Source of the DNA: Yuukianura sp. NJ FZ-2021 | Taxonomy: Eukaryota | NCBI GenBank assembly: GCA_046563655.1 | Contig: CM102285.1 | Location: 12,586,001 to 12,650,000, forward strand | Length of the DNA stretch: 64,000 nucleotides | Reading direction: 5' to 3' | Shown here: positions 53,301 to 64,000 of the stretch, in pieces | Layout: every line of letters starts with the position of its first letter | How positions within the stretch are numbered: position 1 is the first letter of the stretch | Translations under genes and position numbers: made by a program | The notes under the pieces: generated by a model | Told to the model about the DNA's origin: nothing | The model's database searches: none | Seen by the model: the letters and a program-made list of their open reading frames with translations, nothing else

Positions 53301-56300
53301 GCCAACCAACCGACCAACCAACAAACCAACCAAACAATGAACCAACCCGGCAACAAATCAATCAACCCGCCAACAAACCAACCCGCCAACAAACCAACAA
53401 ACCAACCAACCCGCCAACAAACCAACCAACCAATCAACCAAACAATGAACCAACCCGGCAACAAACCAATCAGCCCGCCAAGAAACCAACCCGACAACAA
53501 ACCAACCAACCCGACAACAAACCAACCAACCCGCCAACAAACCAACCAATGAATAAGAAATTAAGTTAATTAAGTCTAACCTACACTAATTTAATGTAAA
53601 GTGTTATTTTTATCAAGTTTAACCTCTTCGATCAAATAAAAGTGGAAGAAATGATAGCGCGAATTTCAAGACATTGGATTTTATATGAAATTAGATGTGT
53701 TTAGGTTGTTAAGTTCTACTTAAGTCGAGTCCGGAGGTACCTTAAGTTTAAGGAGGATTTTCGACCTTAAGAAAAATCTAAGAATTTCTGTGAAACCAGT
53801 TAAGAAGAAAGCACTCGACTTAAGGTGAAAAAAAAACTTAAGTTGCTCTATAAGACCATCCCCTGGTTGGTTGGTTGGCGGGTTGGTTCATTGTTTGGTT
53901 GGTTGGTTGGTTGGTTGGTTTGTTGGCGGGTTGGTTTGTTGGCGGGTTGATTGATTTGTTGCCGGGTTGGTCCGTTGTTTGGTTGGTTGGTCTGTTGGTT
54001 GGTCGGTTGGTTGGCGGGTGGGTTGGTTGTTGGTTGTCGGGTTGGTTGGTTGGTTAGCTGGCTGGTTGGTTGGTTGGTTGGTTTGTTGGCGGGTTGGTTG
54101 GTTGGTTGGTTTGTTGCCGGGTTGGTTGGTTGGTTGGTTTGTTGCCGGGTTGGTTTGTTGGCGGGTTGGTTGGTTTGTTTCCGGGTTGGTTGGTTTGTTT
54201 CCGGGTTGGTTGGCGGGTTGGTTGGTTGGTTGGTTTGGTTCATTGGTTGGTTTGTTGTCGGGTTGGTTTGTTGGCGGGTTGATTGGTTTGTTGCCGGGTT
54301 GGTTCATTGTTTGGTTGGTTGGTTTGTTGGCGGGTTATTTGGTTGGTTGGTAGGTTGGTTGGTTGTGTGAACGTGTTCTTTTCAGCCATTTGTCCGGTAG
54401 AAAAACTGCACAGTTTTTTTCTGATATGGTGCTACGATAAGTAATTGTAGTGTTTAATTAATTTTGGCATCGTTAGCAGAAGTTAACAATAAATGTGAAA
54501 CGAATTACAAATTCTGAAGTCGGGGACGGTTTGTTTGCGATCTCTGGTCTTTTTCTAGTGTTTTTCCATAGCAATGTGGCAACGTCAACAACAAGGGAAA
54601 TGAAAATTTGTATTGAGCCATTCGGACGATTCTTCCGAGTCTGTCCGTCCGTTTCCCTAATATAAATGGAGCATAACCTTCACCTTTGACAGCGATAGAG
54701 GTCACTTGAGATGAATCCAGAAACTGATTTTTCTCTGGATGAAAGTATCTGACGATACTTAAAAATGTACTTGACCTTGACCTTTCACCTGGAATTTGGC
54801 CACTTCCGTTCAAACCAGAGACCGATTAGTGACACCTCTACCATGTAAAGCTCATCTGCGAAGACAGGTTGAAAATCGGTTAAGTGGTTCCAGAGTTATA
54901 GACGCGCGTAGTATGAGCGACGTCATTTTGCAACTTGCAGCGTCTATATCTCTAGAACCGTAGGTCAAAGGTCAACATCACCGACAGAAAAGTTGCTCCT
55001 CTCATTGAGATGAACAACTTTTGTAGAGACCATTTTTCTAAATTCCGTCGAAAATGTACTTGACCTTGACCTTTGACCCGGAAGTTGGCCACTTCCGGTC
55101 AAACCGGAAACCACTTGTCACCCCTGGACCATGTGTAGTTCATCTGTGAAGACAGAGTGAAAATCGGTCCAGCGGTTCCAGAGATGTTGTGGCTAGTATA
55201 CAGTCGGACGGACAGACGGACAGACGGACGGACGGCCATTACGATCCCTATAAGTATCTGACGATACTTAATAACATAGTAACAAAGACCCGCAAGTATT
55301 TTTTTATCTACATTATGGCATGAAGGCTAAATATTTTTGACATCCCTGATTATCATTGAAGTCATTGGAGAAAGTCATGCGTTTTAATGCTTTGAAAGCT
55401 TTCACTTCTCAGTTTTGGAAAGATGTCAAGGTGTTGTAAAATTTCGATTTTTTTTTGTGTTTTTTTGAATCCGTCGCAGCTCGTGCCCGTGTTCACACGC
55501 AACCTTTGTTAAAAATGAGTTTCAATTGTTGTTCCTTGGCAAATTGTAGTTTGCAATTTGAGTCAAGTGGAAAAGTTCATTAGTTGAATTGGGCTTTAGA
55601 ACGTGTGACAGAAGGCTAATTTACACGCATGCAGAAATGGACAAGTAAAAATTACGCCTCTCTCCCCTGCTTCAATCACCTGCTTTTACATTTCGTTTTT
55701 GTAACTTTTGAAGGTGTGTGTTGGTCATTTGGATTTAGAGTGAAGGTGTATTTCATTTCCCAACCCAATTATTAAAAGAAACCAACATGCGATGACAGTC
55801 CTTGCATTTGGTTCCAAATGACAATCCAATCGAGAAGACTCATCTTCCTTCCGTGTGTGGAGTAAGGACACAAAATAACAATTGGGAAGAGTCTCTTTTT
55901 AATAGGTTTTGACGACTTCTCTATAATTTGGACCAAATTATTAGCTCCACGGTGTTCTCTCATGCTAATGGACCTTCTGAAGGGCCCCTGCCGAAGTCCC
56001 TAACTTAAACTATGCTTAAAGTTAGGTTTTAGTTAGGTGTGTTGCTTTCTCTATGCTACTGTTACACGAGACAGAAGAGCCCTTGGCAACTGCTCAACGT
56101 GTCAATTAATCCAAATTATTTTCCTGCGGTTAGGGTCCCCCTGCGTGTTGCTTTCCATTAAAATCCTGTACTAAAACCTGTCCTAATTTGTACTACACCA
56201 CAACCCTTCTGCTGTCCAACAATTGTTTTCAATTTTTCTGAAACAATTGATTATTACCGATACAAATTGAATACAAGAATCAAAATTTTTATTATTTTTC

Positions 56301-57499
56301 AAAATACGGTAAAAACAGTTGTGGTTTTGGTAATTTCTCAATTTGTGTGACACTTTTTATAAATTGGAAAGTACAAAACTCCATTTCCTGAACCACTAAA
56401 AGCGTTTTGGCTTTCCGCGTTTTTTTTTTCATAAAAAAGAACTTCGGTGTACTTTTTCCTGCTTTTTTTTTCATAGAACTTCGAAGTAGAAAAAGTTCCT
56501 TTTAACCGTAAGCTTCAGCATTGCCGGTGAAAACTGCTAATGTGCTCAATAAATCAGGCGCCGTTTCCTCTCTCAGAAAGTTACTTTGAACGTTAAGTTT
56601 GAAGAACTATTTGAAAAAGACTTCAGAATGTTAGTGTGAAGGTCAAAGGTTACTGACAAGAGGTTTAAGTTCAAATCGTAACTTAATGTGATTCTTATTA
56701 ATTGGATTAGTTTTACACAAACTAACTACTGAGGGTATTTTTTTCTGTTGGAGTGTGTGATTTAATCGGATTTGGGAAACATAATAACAGAGTGAGAAAA
56801 CAATAGATTTAGAAACAACAGGAGCAAGTACAGGGCAGAAGGGGAGAAAGAAGGGGAAATCCCTAACTAAGAGTTTCGGTTTTGTCAAAAACTGGTTTAC
56901 AAAATTCTATTGTTCATTTCACGCCTAAAACTTCGGGTATCCAGGCTCCACTTCCTGGAATGGAAAGGGGGGCTTAAATGAGGGTTTCGACAGGCTTAAG
57001 TTCTGGACCCGCGAAAACTCCGAATCGGAGAAATTGTGTCCTGGCTGGAATGCTTCCGAAAACTTCAAAAACATAACTAACCTTGTGGGAAAAACAACGT
57101 TAAAAAGATTTCAGATTGAAACTAAAGCAAAAGTTTGCTTTCACTTCAAATCTATTTTTTAACAACTTTGACTTTCACTTCCGTTTCAATTAGATTCGGC
57201 TGATTTAAGGTTAGTTTGCATTAAGTTTGAGTAAGTTTTAGACACTTACCGAGTGGACGTATGGTATTATTGTTATGAAAACCGAGAAACTGCTTTCCCT
57301 TGCGTCCTTTGAACAGTTGCGTTCCACCTTCCGGAATATTTGCAGCAGCCCTGTTGCGTCCAATAATTGCAGCAATTGAAAAATCCGTTCCGCGTGCCCC
57401 TCCACATCTACTTTCTTCCATTTGTAATTTTCGGAACAGGTCCGACCGGTATGCAGTACTAGTTGCAGTTGCTGTTCCTAGCCCACTTGTCAGGAGCAT
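40566..57499 (-). CDS. H15/mid (Tbx20): T-box transcription factor, Tbx20 subfamily (H15/midline-like), paralog B; 6 coding exons, ~671 aa
   Basis: Exons (minus) 57499-57250, 51976-51559, 45625-45352, 45187-45017, 41927-41851, 41391-40566. All donors are GTAAGT, phases 1,2,0,0,2 are identical to paralog A, and the total of 2016 nt is in frame. Tbx20-type T-box and eh1 motif FSIAAII. Confidence 0.95.
41851..41927 (-). CDS. H15/mid (Tbx20): Tbx20 paralog B coding exon 5 (end of T-box)
   Basis: [34 protein letters not shown](R); donor CG|GTAAGT; 77 nt. Confidence 0.96.
45017..45187 (-). CDS. H15/mid (Tbx20): Tbx20 paralog B coding exon 4 (T-box; absent from ORF track on this strand)
   Basis: [64 protein letters not shown]; donor TTG|GTAAGT. 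Confidence 0.96.
45352..45625 (-). CDS. H15/mid (Tbx20): Tbx20 paralog B coding exon 3 (T-box)
   Basis: [28 protein letters not shown]...[12 protein letters not shown]; donor CAT|GTAAGT; 11 amino-acid differences from paralog A over ~91 residues. Confidence 0.96.
51559..51976 (-). CDS. H15/mid (Tbx20): Tbx20 paralog B coding exon 2 (Ser-rich region and start of T-box)
   Basis: Acceptor TTCCAG|AA; ends [35 protein letters not shown](R); donor AG|GTAAGT. Confidence 0.92.
52964..53550 (+). repeat. Degenerate (CCAA)n microsatellite-like array (left foldback arm)
   Basis: Runs of AACC interspersed with CCCGCCAAC, ACAATGAAC and CCCGGCAAC variants. Confidence 0.95.
53864..54365 (-). repeat. Degenerate (TTGG)n array (right foldback arm)
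   Basis: Reverse-complement counterpart of the left array with the same variant units in a different order. Confidence 0.95.
57250..57499 (-). CDS. H15/mid (Tbx20): Tbx20 paralog B coding exon 1 (eh1 motif)
   Basis: MLLTSGLG...[14 protein letters not shown]...; donor G|GTAAGT at 57249; phase 1 as in paralog A. Start codon inferred as the first in-frame ATG. Confidence 0.85.
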
Positions 57500-60400
57500 T
57501 TGTGCCAAGACACCTTCCGTTGGCGCTTTTTTTGAAACTCCGGAAGAAAGTTGTCGTTGTCAACGGAGTAGGAGTGTCACACTGGGAATGAAGTGCCGAA
57601 TTCCGAAGCACGACACCTTCTTCTTCTCTCCTAACAACTCACAGAGGCCACACACACAAAAAAGTTAGGACTAAAGTGATGGTGGGTGGATTCTATCACT
57701 CCTGTCGTCGCTTTAGCAAAACTTTTGCTCCTCTTTCAATGTCGCCGGTCGTCGTCCACCGCTCGTCTCTGGCAGCGTTAGGTGGTTGGTGGGGGTGCGG
57801 CATTTGGTAAGATGAACAACGGAAGTGGAACTGGAGTAAGTGAGTGGTGGGCCTTCTTCAGTATCGTTTTTGAGGACATTTCACACTTCTGCTCAGGTCA
57901 TGAGGCGGTTACCGGCTTGAAGCTTCAAGCTCAACCCCCTAACTTCCTTAAAGGTATTCTGGAGCTTAGGCTTTCCTGGTTTGGTAAACTTCGGAAGATG
58001 AGCAATCCAACATCTTTTTTCTCACTATAACCTTAACTTTCTACTAAGAAGATCGTGTGCCTCAAACCTTAGCTGCTGTGTACACAAGGCATAACCTGTC
58101 GCGGTGTCCTCTGAAGCAATTACTTGAAAGACCAACCCCAAATCCACCACACCCTCCGAAGACCACCTCTCACGCACCACTTTTTCTTCGTTTTGTTAAG
58201 CAAAAAGGCCTTCGAGCCTTGGAAGCTTCTCTGCTTAGGGCTTTAACAGAAGCACTTTCTTGATTACGAAAGACAGAAACGAGAAACCCCTAACCTAACA
58301 AATGGGAAATAACGTAACAAATGGGGAAAAGGCTAAAAGCTGTTCCTCCGAGCTACTGCGTGTTAGAACCTCTAAACAGTTGAAAACACTTTGAAAAGAC
58401 TGGTGAGCTTCACTTTTTTTCACTCGAGCTTTCCGAATACCGTAGCAGCAGCGGGGTGAAGCATTCCGCTCGCTCGCTTCTTCTCTCGTTTTTTCTTCCG
58501 TTCTGCGTCTGCATAACACTCATTTAATCCAACCCAAAAAATCCGGATTGAGACGCTTGCTTGGAAGAAGCTGGAGGAGATTCAAACGGCTTTTGAAAGA
58601 GCTGACGCTTTTTTCTAAAAAGCTAAACGCTCATCCATTTTCCAAAATCTGGAAACAGAAGAGATAAATTGAGCTGCTAGGAACGGAGGGGGAGGGGAAG
58701 AGTTTGGAAATGGAAAATATTCCCAATGCATCACTGGCTTTTTTTGAATTTGTAGAAAAACAGCGGGAAAAGTAAAGTGAAAGCGACTTTCTCTTGAATT
58801 CCGAAAGAAGGAAGTAGTGACATGTAGAAAGTAAATCTTGTTGGATTTCAATGAGATAGGAAACGGATTTGGCGTTTCCGATTACACGCAAATCCCTCTG
58901 AGGCTTTGGATTAAGACTTTCTCCTCTCTTGTTCTAAATGGTTCGATTTAGAATCTTTTTTGTTTAGAAAATCTCATGTGGCTGTTTTCTGTTTCTACTG
59001 AATAGTAAATTCTATTCAATCAACTTTGGTTTCGGAAATTGAAAAGCTGACAGGGACGGCAAGGAGGGGTACTTAAGGGCTTTGCTCAGTCTGTTTTTTC
59101 TTACTTTTATTCTGGTTTGGTTAGTTGATTAAAGGATTGAAGGGCTCATCCCCTTGGTCCCTTATTTAAATTCACTTAAATTCCAGGGAGACATTAGATT
59201 TATACTTTTTTGTGGACTTGACAGAAGTGAGGAGCGATTCAGCGGCTGTATTTGAATTGTTTGAACAAGGTTAGGACGAGGAGGTCCTCCCTTCGTTTGC
59301 AGGGACAATAGAAATGGGCTGAGACTCTCCGCCCTCAATACATCCCATTTTCATTTTTTCAACACATCCACAACTTTTGGACTCTTTTGTATCAAATCCA
59401 ACTCAAAGCAATGCAAAAAACATGAATTTTGAAAAATTCTTACAATTGGATTTAAAAAAAGTACCAAGAATAACATGCTATAGATGCGTCTCTTTGAATT
59501 TGAGACTTAACATATCTTGAACTGATGTCTTTGAAATTTTGAAATTTGAAATTTTTGCAGAATTTGAACTGACTTATTGCATGTTTTGTCAGTATTAATC
59601 TTGTTGCCAACTTTCTCTCGCCAGAAATGGCCACTTCCTGTTTCACTGTCAATTTTCAACTGGTTTTTACAATAAATAGAACATGTCCAACTGTAACACG
59701 ACAACTTAACAAGAAAATGACAAAACGATTGTTCAAAAGCATTGTTCCATTTAAGTTAACAAATGGGAACTGACACGGTTTAAAACTTGACTCTTTAAGG
59801 CGTAAGTGTAAGTTCTTTGGAAAAGAATTTTAAGAAAGTTTTTTTTCCTCTAATTTTTTTTAGTAATTTTGAAAAGGAGGAATTGAAAAATTAAGTGTGC
59901 ATAATGAGTGTACCTCATTTGATCAAAACCGAAACGAGAGCAGAGGGGTTTAAGGGGTAGTGACTGTGGCCATAACAATTCAAATTCTGATTTATGATTC
60001 TCAGGGGAAGGGAGTGTTCTGGTCCTTATTAATTTTTAAATGGGAAACCATGGATTATTAAACCGATACAAATTACTTCCTCTCCTGCTTTCTGGGAAAC
60101 TTTTTCAAGTAATTTAGAACATTAGACAAGGAGATTTTTTTAAAATTTAACTTTTTCAAAATTGAAATGAGTCCCAGAAGATTTCTATCCCTGCCCAATG
60201 CTTTGCAGTAGTTTCAACAACAAAATTTCGAAAAAGAAAACAATAAAAAAATTTTTGCTTTCACTTTTTCTGATTTTGGATAGCTTTCCCGCCAGAAGGA
60301 TTTTTCAGCACACCTAGGTAGTTTATGTTGAGAATATTTTTACTACATTAGTTTTCCTGGAAATAGTTGCTCTTGATGAGAAAGTACTAAAAACTAGTTT

Positions 60401-62949
60401 CCTTTTTGAAAATTGAATTCCTTTTTTTTTTGAATTTGGTCAGTTTGGAGTCCATTGTCCTCGCTATGCCGGAGTAGCTTGTGTGGCCTCTGTACTTTTC
60501 GTATCATGATGATCTGTTGCTAGTTAAGGAAGATGAAGGAGGATTTCGCAGCAGGACGACTCGGGGAACAAGGAATTTTAAACAAAGTCATTTGAGTCAA
60601 GCCCAGTGTTTCCGTTGTGTTGTGGGGTGGTGTCTTTAGTATGTCTATTTTAATTCTCAACTTCCCCGGTGATCTGCCTAACTTGACAATTGAACAACCG
60701 CATCTTCCTAAAACTTAACAATTGGACAACCGTCTTCCCAAATTATCCGATGACTCGAGAAAAGCCCACACACAATTCATTAACAACCTCAATTGTTCAC
60801 TCTAAGTTGACCAATGACCTGGTTGACCTCGCTTTTCATTAAAGAAAATATCATCAGCATTTCTGTATTTTTTTAGTCCTTGAGGCAAGGAGCTTGTCAA
60901 TTCTGGTCGTGCCGACACGGGTTTTCATTAGAAAAGATGGATCAGATGCGCACAAGTAAATACCCGGGAGAAATGGCGATATGGAGGATGCTTGGAAAAA
61001 ACGGAAAAAGTTGTGTATTCGGGAAGACTGTGTATATAAAAGCTAATGGTAAGTAATAACTGTAATATGGTAAATAAGTATGCAATGGTCGACTTGGCAT
61101 CTGCCTCTCCGCCCTTCGGGAGCTCCTTTTCTCTTTTCTCATCTTCACAAATGATGGAGATTGTGATTCGTCCTGGATGCTGGAGAGTTGACGATGGGCT
61201 GGAAGAAAGACGCTTCTTTTTGGAAAGCAAGAGCCAGTTTTTTTTCTTTGAAAAGCTCCTGATGCAAATTCAGATCACGAAGTGGCAATACGGAGAAAGC
61301 ACTGTGTGTAAGGAGCCTATTTTTTCATTTTGTGGAGATAGCGGGGAGAGGAGATGATGATGTCAGTGGAGATCTCCTAATTTATTCTGCCCGCCTTCCC
61401 AAGCCCAAGTCAAGATGGAGGCGGGAGAAAGTCGGGGAAAGCTCAAGTCTATTCTTTTTTTGGCGGGAAGATGTGATGCGTGTGTTCAAATCGCCTGTCT
61501 TTCTCCACTACTACTGCTGTCTTTATCACAGGATGGTTCCTTATCAGAACATAGACTTTTATTAGAACCACTTTGGCCCTAAGCGGAAGAGGTGAGCTCA
61601 CTGTGTTTCCAAGAAACCGAAAAAACCATCTGCTAACCATTTCTCCCGTCAAAATTTGGCAAATGCTTCACTTTTTGAACTTCTACAGAGCGATTTTTGA
61701 AAAGCCTGAAACTGAAAATCCAAAAATCGAAAAACTTTGTTTCTACAAAGAAAAATACAATCAAGGAAAGTCATCAAAGGGTTGTTATTTTTAGAGCGAA
61801 AGTTGAAAGTTTTTTTTTGAAGTTTTTGTAAAAAAACGCACTGTACATTTGCCCAGAATTGCTTAACTGTAAAATGTCTTTAGTTGAATTTTAGGAACTG
61901 TAAAATATTAATCAATCTTGAAGGATTTAAAAGTAATTGAGATTGATTTAGGTTTTGGTAGACTTAGGAAAAGAGGGAAAGTGGGATTGAGGATTTTCGT
62001 TATTTTAGTAACTGGTTGAGTGCGTTCTCATAATTTTCATGGAAATGACTTTGACCGTGAAAGTGGGATGACAATTCCTGTCCGAGACAAAGGTCCATAA
62101 AGTTCTGGAAGGCTCTGTTTAGCTTCCTACTTTCAACTTCCAGTGTCTCCAATTTCAGATGAGTTTGCCTTATGCTGTAGATGTTGAGACCCTCCACTGT
62201 TAGGTTAGAGGAAGGAAGAATTGTCTGAGTTTTGGGGGTAATCCTAGGGGGTTTAGGAGGGACTTGAAGAGATGTCAAATGGTCCAGAAGTTACTTTCTA
62301 GATCCTCCTTTGACTTGGGCTGGAGATGGAAGGGAGTCGACAGTTTGTGGATCTGGGGAGAAAGCATTATGACTTACTTTCTTCTGACGAAATGACTTCA
62401 GATTACTCACGTCCTCTCCAACTCCTCAAAACTTCAGCACGGAAATGAGACTTTTTCAACAGAGAGAAAAGAATTGAATTTCGTCACAACCAATTCATCA
62501 AAGCACCCAAACCAATCTAGTTCAAAATATTCCAATTTTCTGAAAAAAAAAATGCTTAGACTCAGACATTTTGGAAAAAGTTATCCAATTATTTAGCACA
62601 AAATAGGAAGTTTTCTGAAAATTGAAGTTAATTTTTGAACAAGCTAGCGGAAAAAAGCCGCCTTTGATCCTAATCCTCAACCGTGTCAATGAGGATTTCG
62701 TCTTTGAAAATCAAATTTCAACGTTCACATGAATCCGTTTTTCTTTCTTTTTTGAACAAAATCGGTGACTAAAGTTAGGGATTACAAGGGTTCGTAAATC
62801 TCAAAATTTTGTGCCTCAAATGTCAGAATTTTGCCGCTTCCAGTTACGTTTGAGCGCGTCGTGCAACAAATTGACGCTGTCCAGAACATCATCGGCTTCT
62901 TTCAGGCATCACAAAAGATGCGCCGCTTACTAGTACATACTTACGTTTA

Positions 62950-62963
62950 GTTGTTATGGCAAC
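62950..62963. promoter_or_regulatory. RFX X-box motif
   Basis: GTTGTTATGGCAAC fully matches GTHNYYATRRNAAC and lies ~137 nt upstream of the ATG at 63100. Confidence 0.6.
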
Positions 62964-63099
62964 CATGGAAACAGATTTGAAATTCGGAGTAATAAACTTT
63001 AATAATTTTACTCCAAAGGCTGCGCTTGCTTGTGCTTGAATTCAAATCAACGCAATTGCAATAACGCAACCGACATACCAGTTTTTGTTACTCTGTTGC

Positions 63100-64000
63100 A
63101 TGTCCGGAGCCTTCCTGGTATCCACACTGTTGGCCCGCAACATGTTAGAAGCTAGCAGTTCAACGTCTCTAGTCAACATGCTTGTGGCAAAGCGAAAGAA
63201 GAGCTCAAGCACGATTTTTCCGGAAGTTTCAGTGAAATCAGGTAAAAAAAATTTTCATTTCAGCTTCTTGATTTCAATTTTGTGATTTTAAGTTTGCTTG
63301 AGCTAAATATTCATGGTTTGTGGCAATAGAAAACGGAGAGTCGGAGTCCCGGGGACACTTCTCTGATTGGAAATCAGAAACTTCGGAATTTGAAAATGAA
63401 ATTTCGGTCAAAAAGTCAGGGTCACAGTCAGTCGTTTCAAAAACGCCGAGTTTAGCACAGGGCACTGAACAGGGAGCCCTTGAGACTCCAATATTCGACC
63501 TGGAACAAGAATTCATAGGAGCCGTTCAAAGGGCCCTTATCAACATCGACGACACGCTGGACTCCATGTTAGCCGATTCCTGGGAGGCCTTCAAGTCCTT
63601 CATGCCAACTCGCGTGTTACGGAAGACTTTCGGTGCAAGATATTCCAACTCCACATTGTATTGCTCACAAGAACAACGTCAAAAGGCATCCACAAAGGGC
63701 CCACCTCAAGAAGCCGCACAAGGTCAAGGGTCATGGACAAAGATGTCAACTCATGAAGCCACTTCTCGCCATGCAGACTTCATCCTCATGACTTCAATTC
63801 TGAGTGACCCCAACATGACCCCTTACATCCGATCTTCTCAAGGTCAACTGGACGAAATGGCAGAGTCATTGACCTTGGCCATCAAAATTCTCAAGACACG
63901 CGTCGATGCGCTCAAAACTTTTCACCGAGAAGTTCGCGCAATTCATCAATCTCTGGCCAGAAAATACTCAAAATCAGTCACTCACGCTAAAATGCTCATG
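63100..64000 (+). CDS. 5' part of an uncharacterised protein-coding gene, truncated by the window end
   Basis: Stop-free frame 63302-64000 (233 codons: AKYSWFVAIENGESE...FDLEQEFIGAVQRALINIDDTLDSMLADSWEAF...LDEMAESLTLAIKILKTRVDALKTFHREVRAIHQSLARKY...) with coding-like GC content. It is missing from the ORF track because it has no stop. Putative exon 1 at 63100-63241 joins in frame through a 61-nt intron (63242-63302), but that needs a weak GAG acceptor. Confidence 0.6.

Larger units (their letters stand above)
52800..54528. mobile_element. Foldback-type element, ~1.73 kb, with long inverted arms
   Basis: Unique ~165-bp TIR (52800-52963, CGTCCCCGACTTCAGAATTTG...) matches the reverse complement of ~54365-54528 with few mismatches. 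It continues inward as CCAA-rich versus TTGG-rich arrays around a ~310-bp AT-rich spacer. No transposase and no evident TSD. Confidence 0.8.
52226..55270. mobile_element. Non-autonomous Helentron/DINE-1-like (HINE) element in intron 1 of paralog B, interrupted by a foldback insertion
   Basis: 15-bp subterminal inverted repeat TAAGTATCGTCAGAT (52226-52240) / ATCTGACGATACTTA (55256-55270). Terminal stem-loop TAAGTATC-TGAC-GATACTTA (55251-55270). (GGAC/AGAC)n microsatellite at 55205-55235. Two ~140-bp internal direct repeats (54762-54900, 55051-55188). Confidence 0.65.

Noticed and set aside
52915..54370. Many overlapping ORFs (NQPT-rich and GWLV-rich) on both strands
   Set aside because: Translations of the stop-free (CCAA)n/(TTGG)n arrays, open in nearly all frames; not genes.
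10299..55570. Isolated TCAAGTG (Tinman/NK2-type) and ACAATGG (Sox-type) sites
   Set aside because: Biologically plausible for Tbx20 regulation, but 7-mers occur several times by chance in 64 kb and I saw no tight cluster.
60928..61794. Group of short ORFs in slightly GC-richer sequence upstream of paralog B
   Set aside because: No consistent frame, splice chain or recognisable protein; could be regulatory or lncRNA but unsupported.

Overview
AT-rich eukaryotic, intron-containing DNA, almost certainly arthropod (H15/midline-type T-box proteins, TTAGG-type repeats); a springtail-like genome is only a guess. The window is dominated by two complete six-exon Tbx20-subfamily (H15/midline) genes arranged tail-to-tail. 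Gene A is on + (CDS 11123-28296, 634 aa by my exon assembly) and gene B is on - (CDS 57499-40566, 671 aa). They share intron positions and phases, an N-terminal eh1 motif and several short C-terminal motifs, and their stop codons are about 12.3 kb apart. A third gene of unknown function begins near 63100 (+), is preceded by a consensus RFX X-box and runs off the window end. Non-autonomous DNA-transposon-like elements are a palindromic MITE with a (TAACC)4 loop, a hAT-like MITE, and a ~1.7 kb foldback element with (CCAA)n arms nested in a Helentron/DINE-1-like element. The most striking non-coding signals are four T-box half-sites at exact 13-bp spacing between the two genes, repeated perfect DR1 nuclear-receptor elements, and an over-represented AAGGGCCCTT palindrome. 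I found no RNA genes, CRISPR arrays or prokaryotic systems. I cannot claim a new biological system; the regulatory observations are hypotheses from motif reading.
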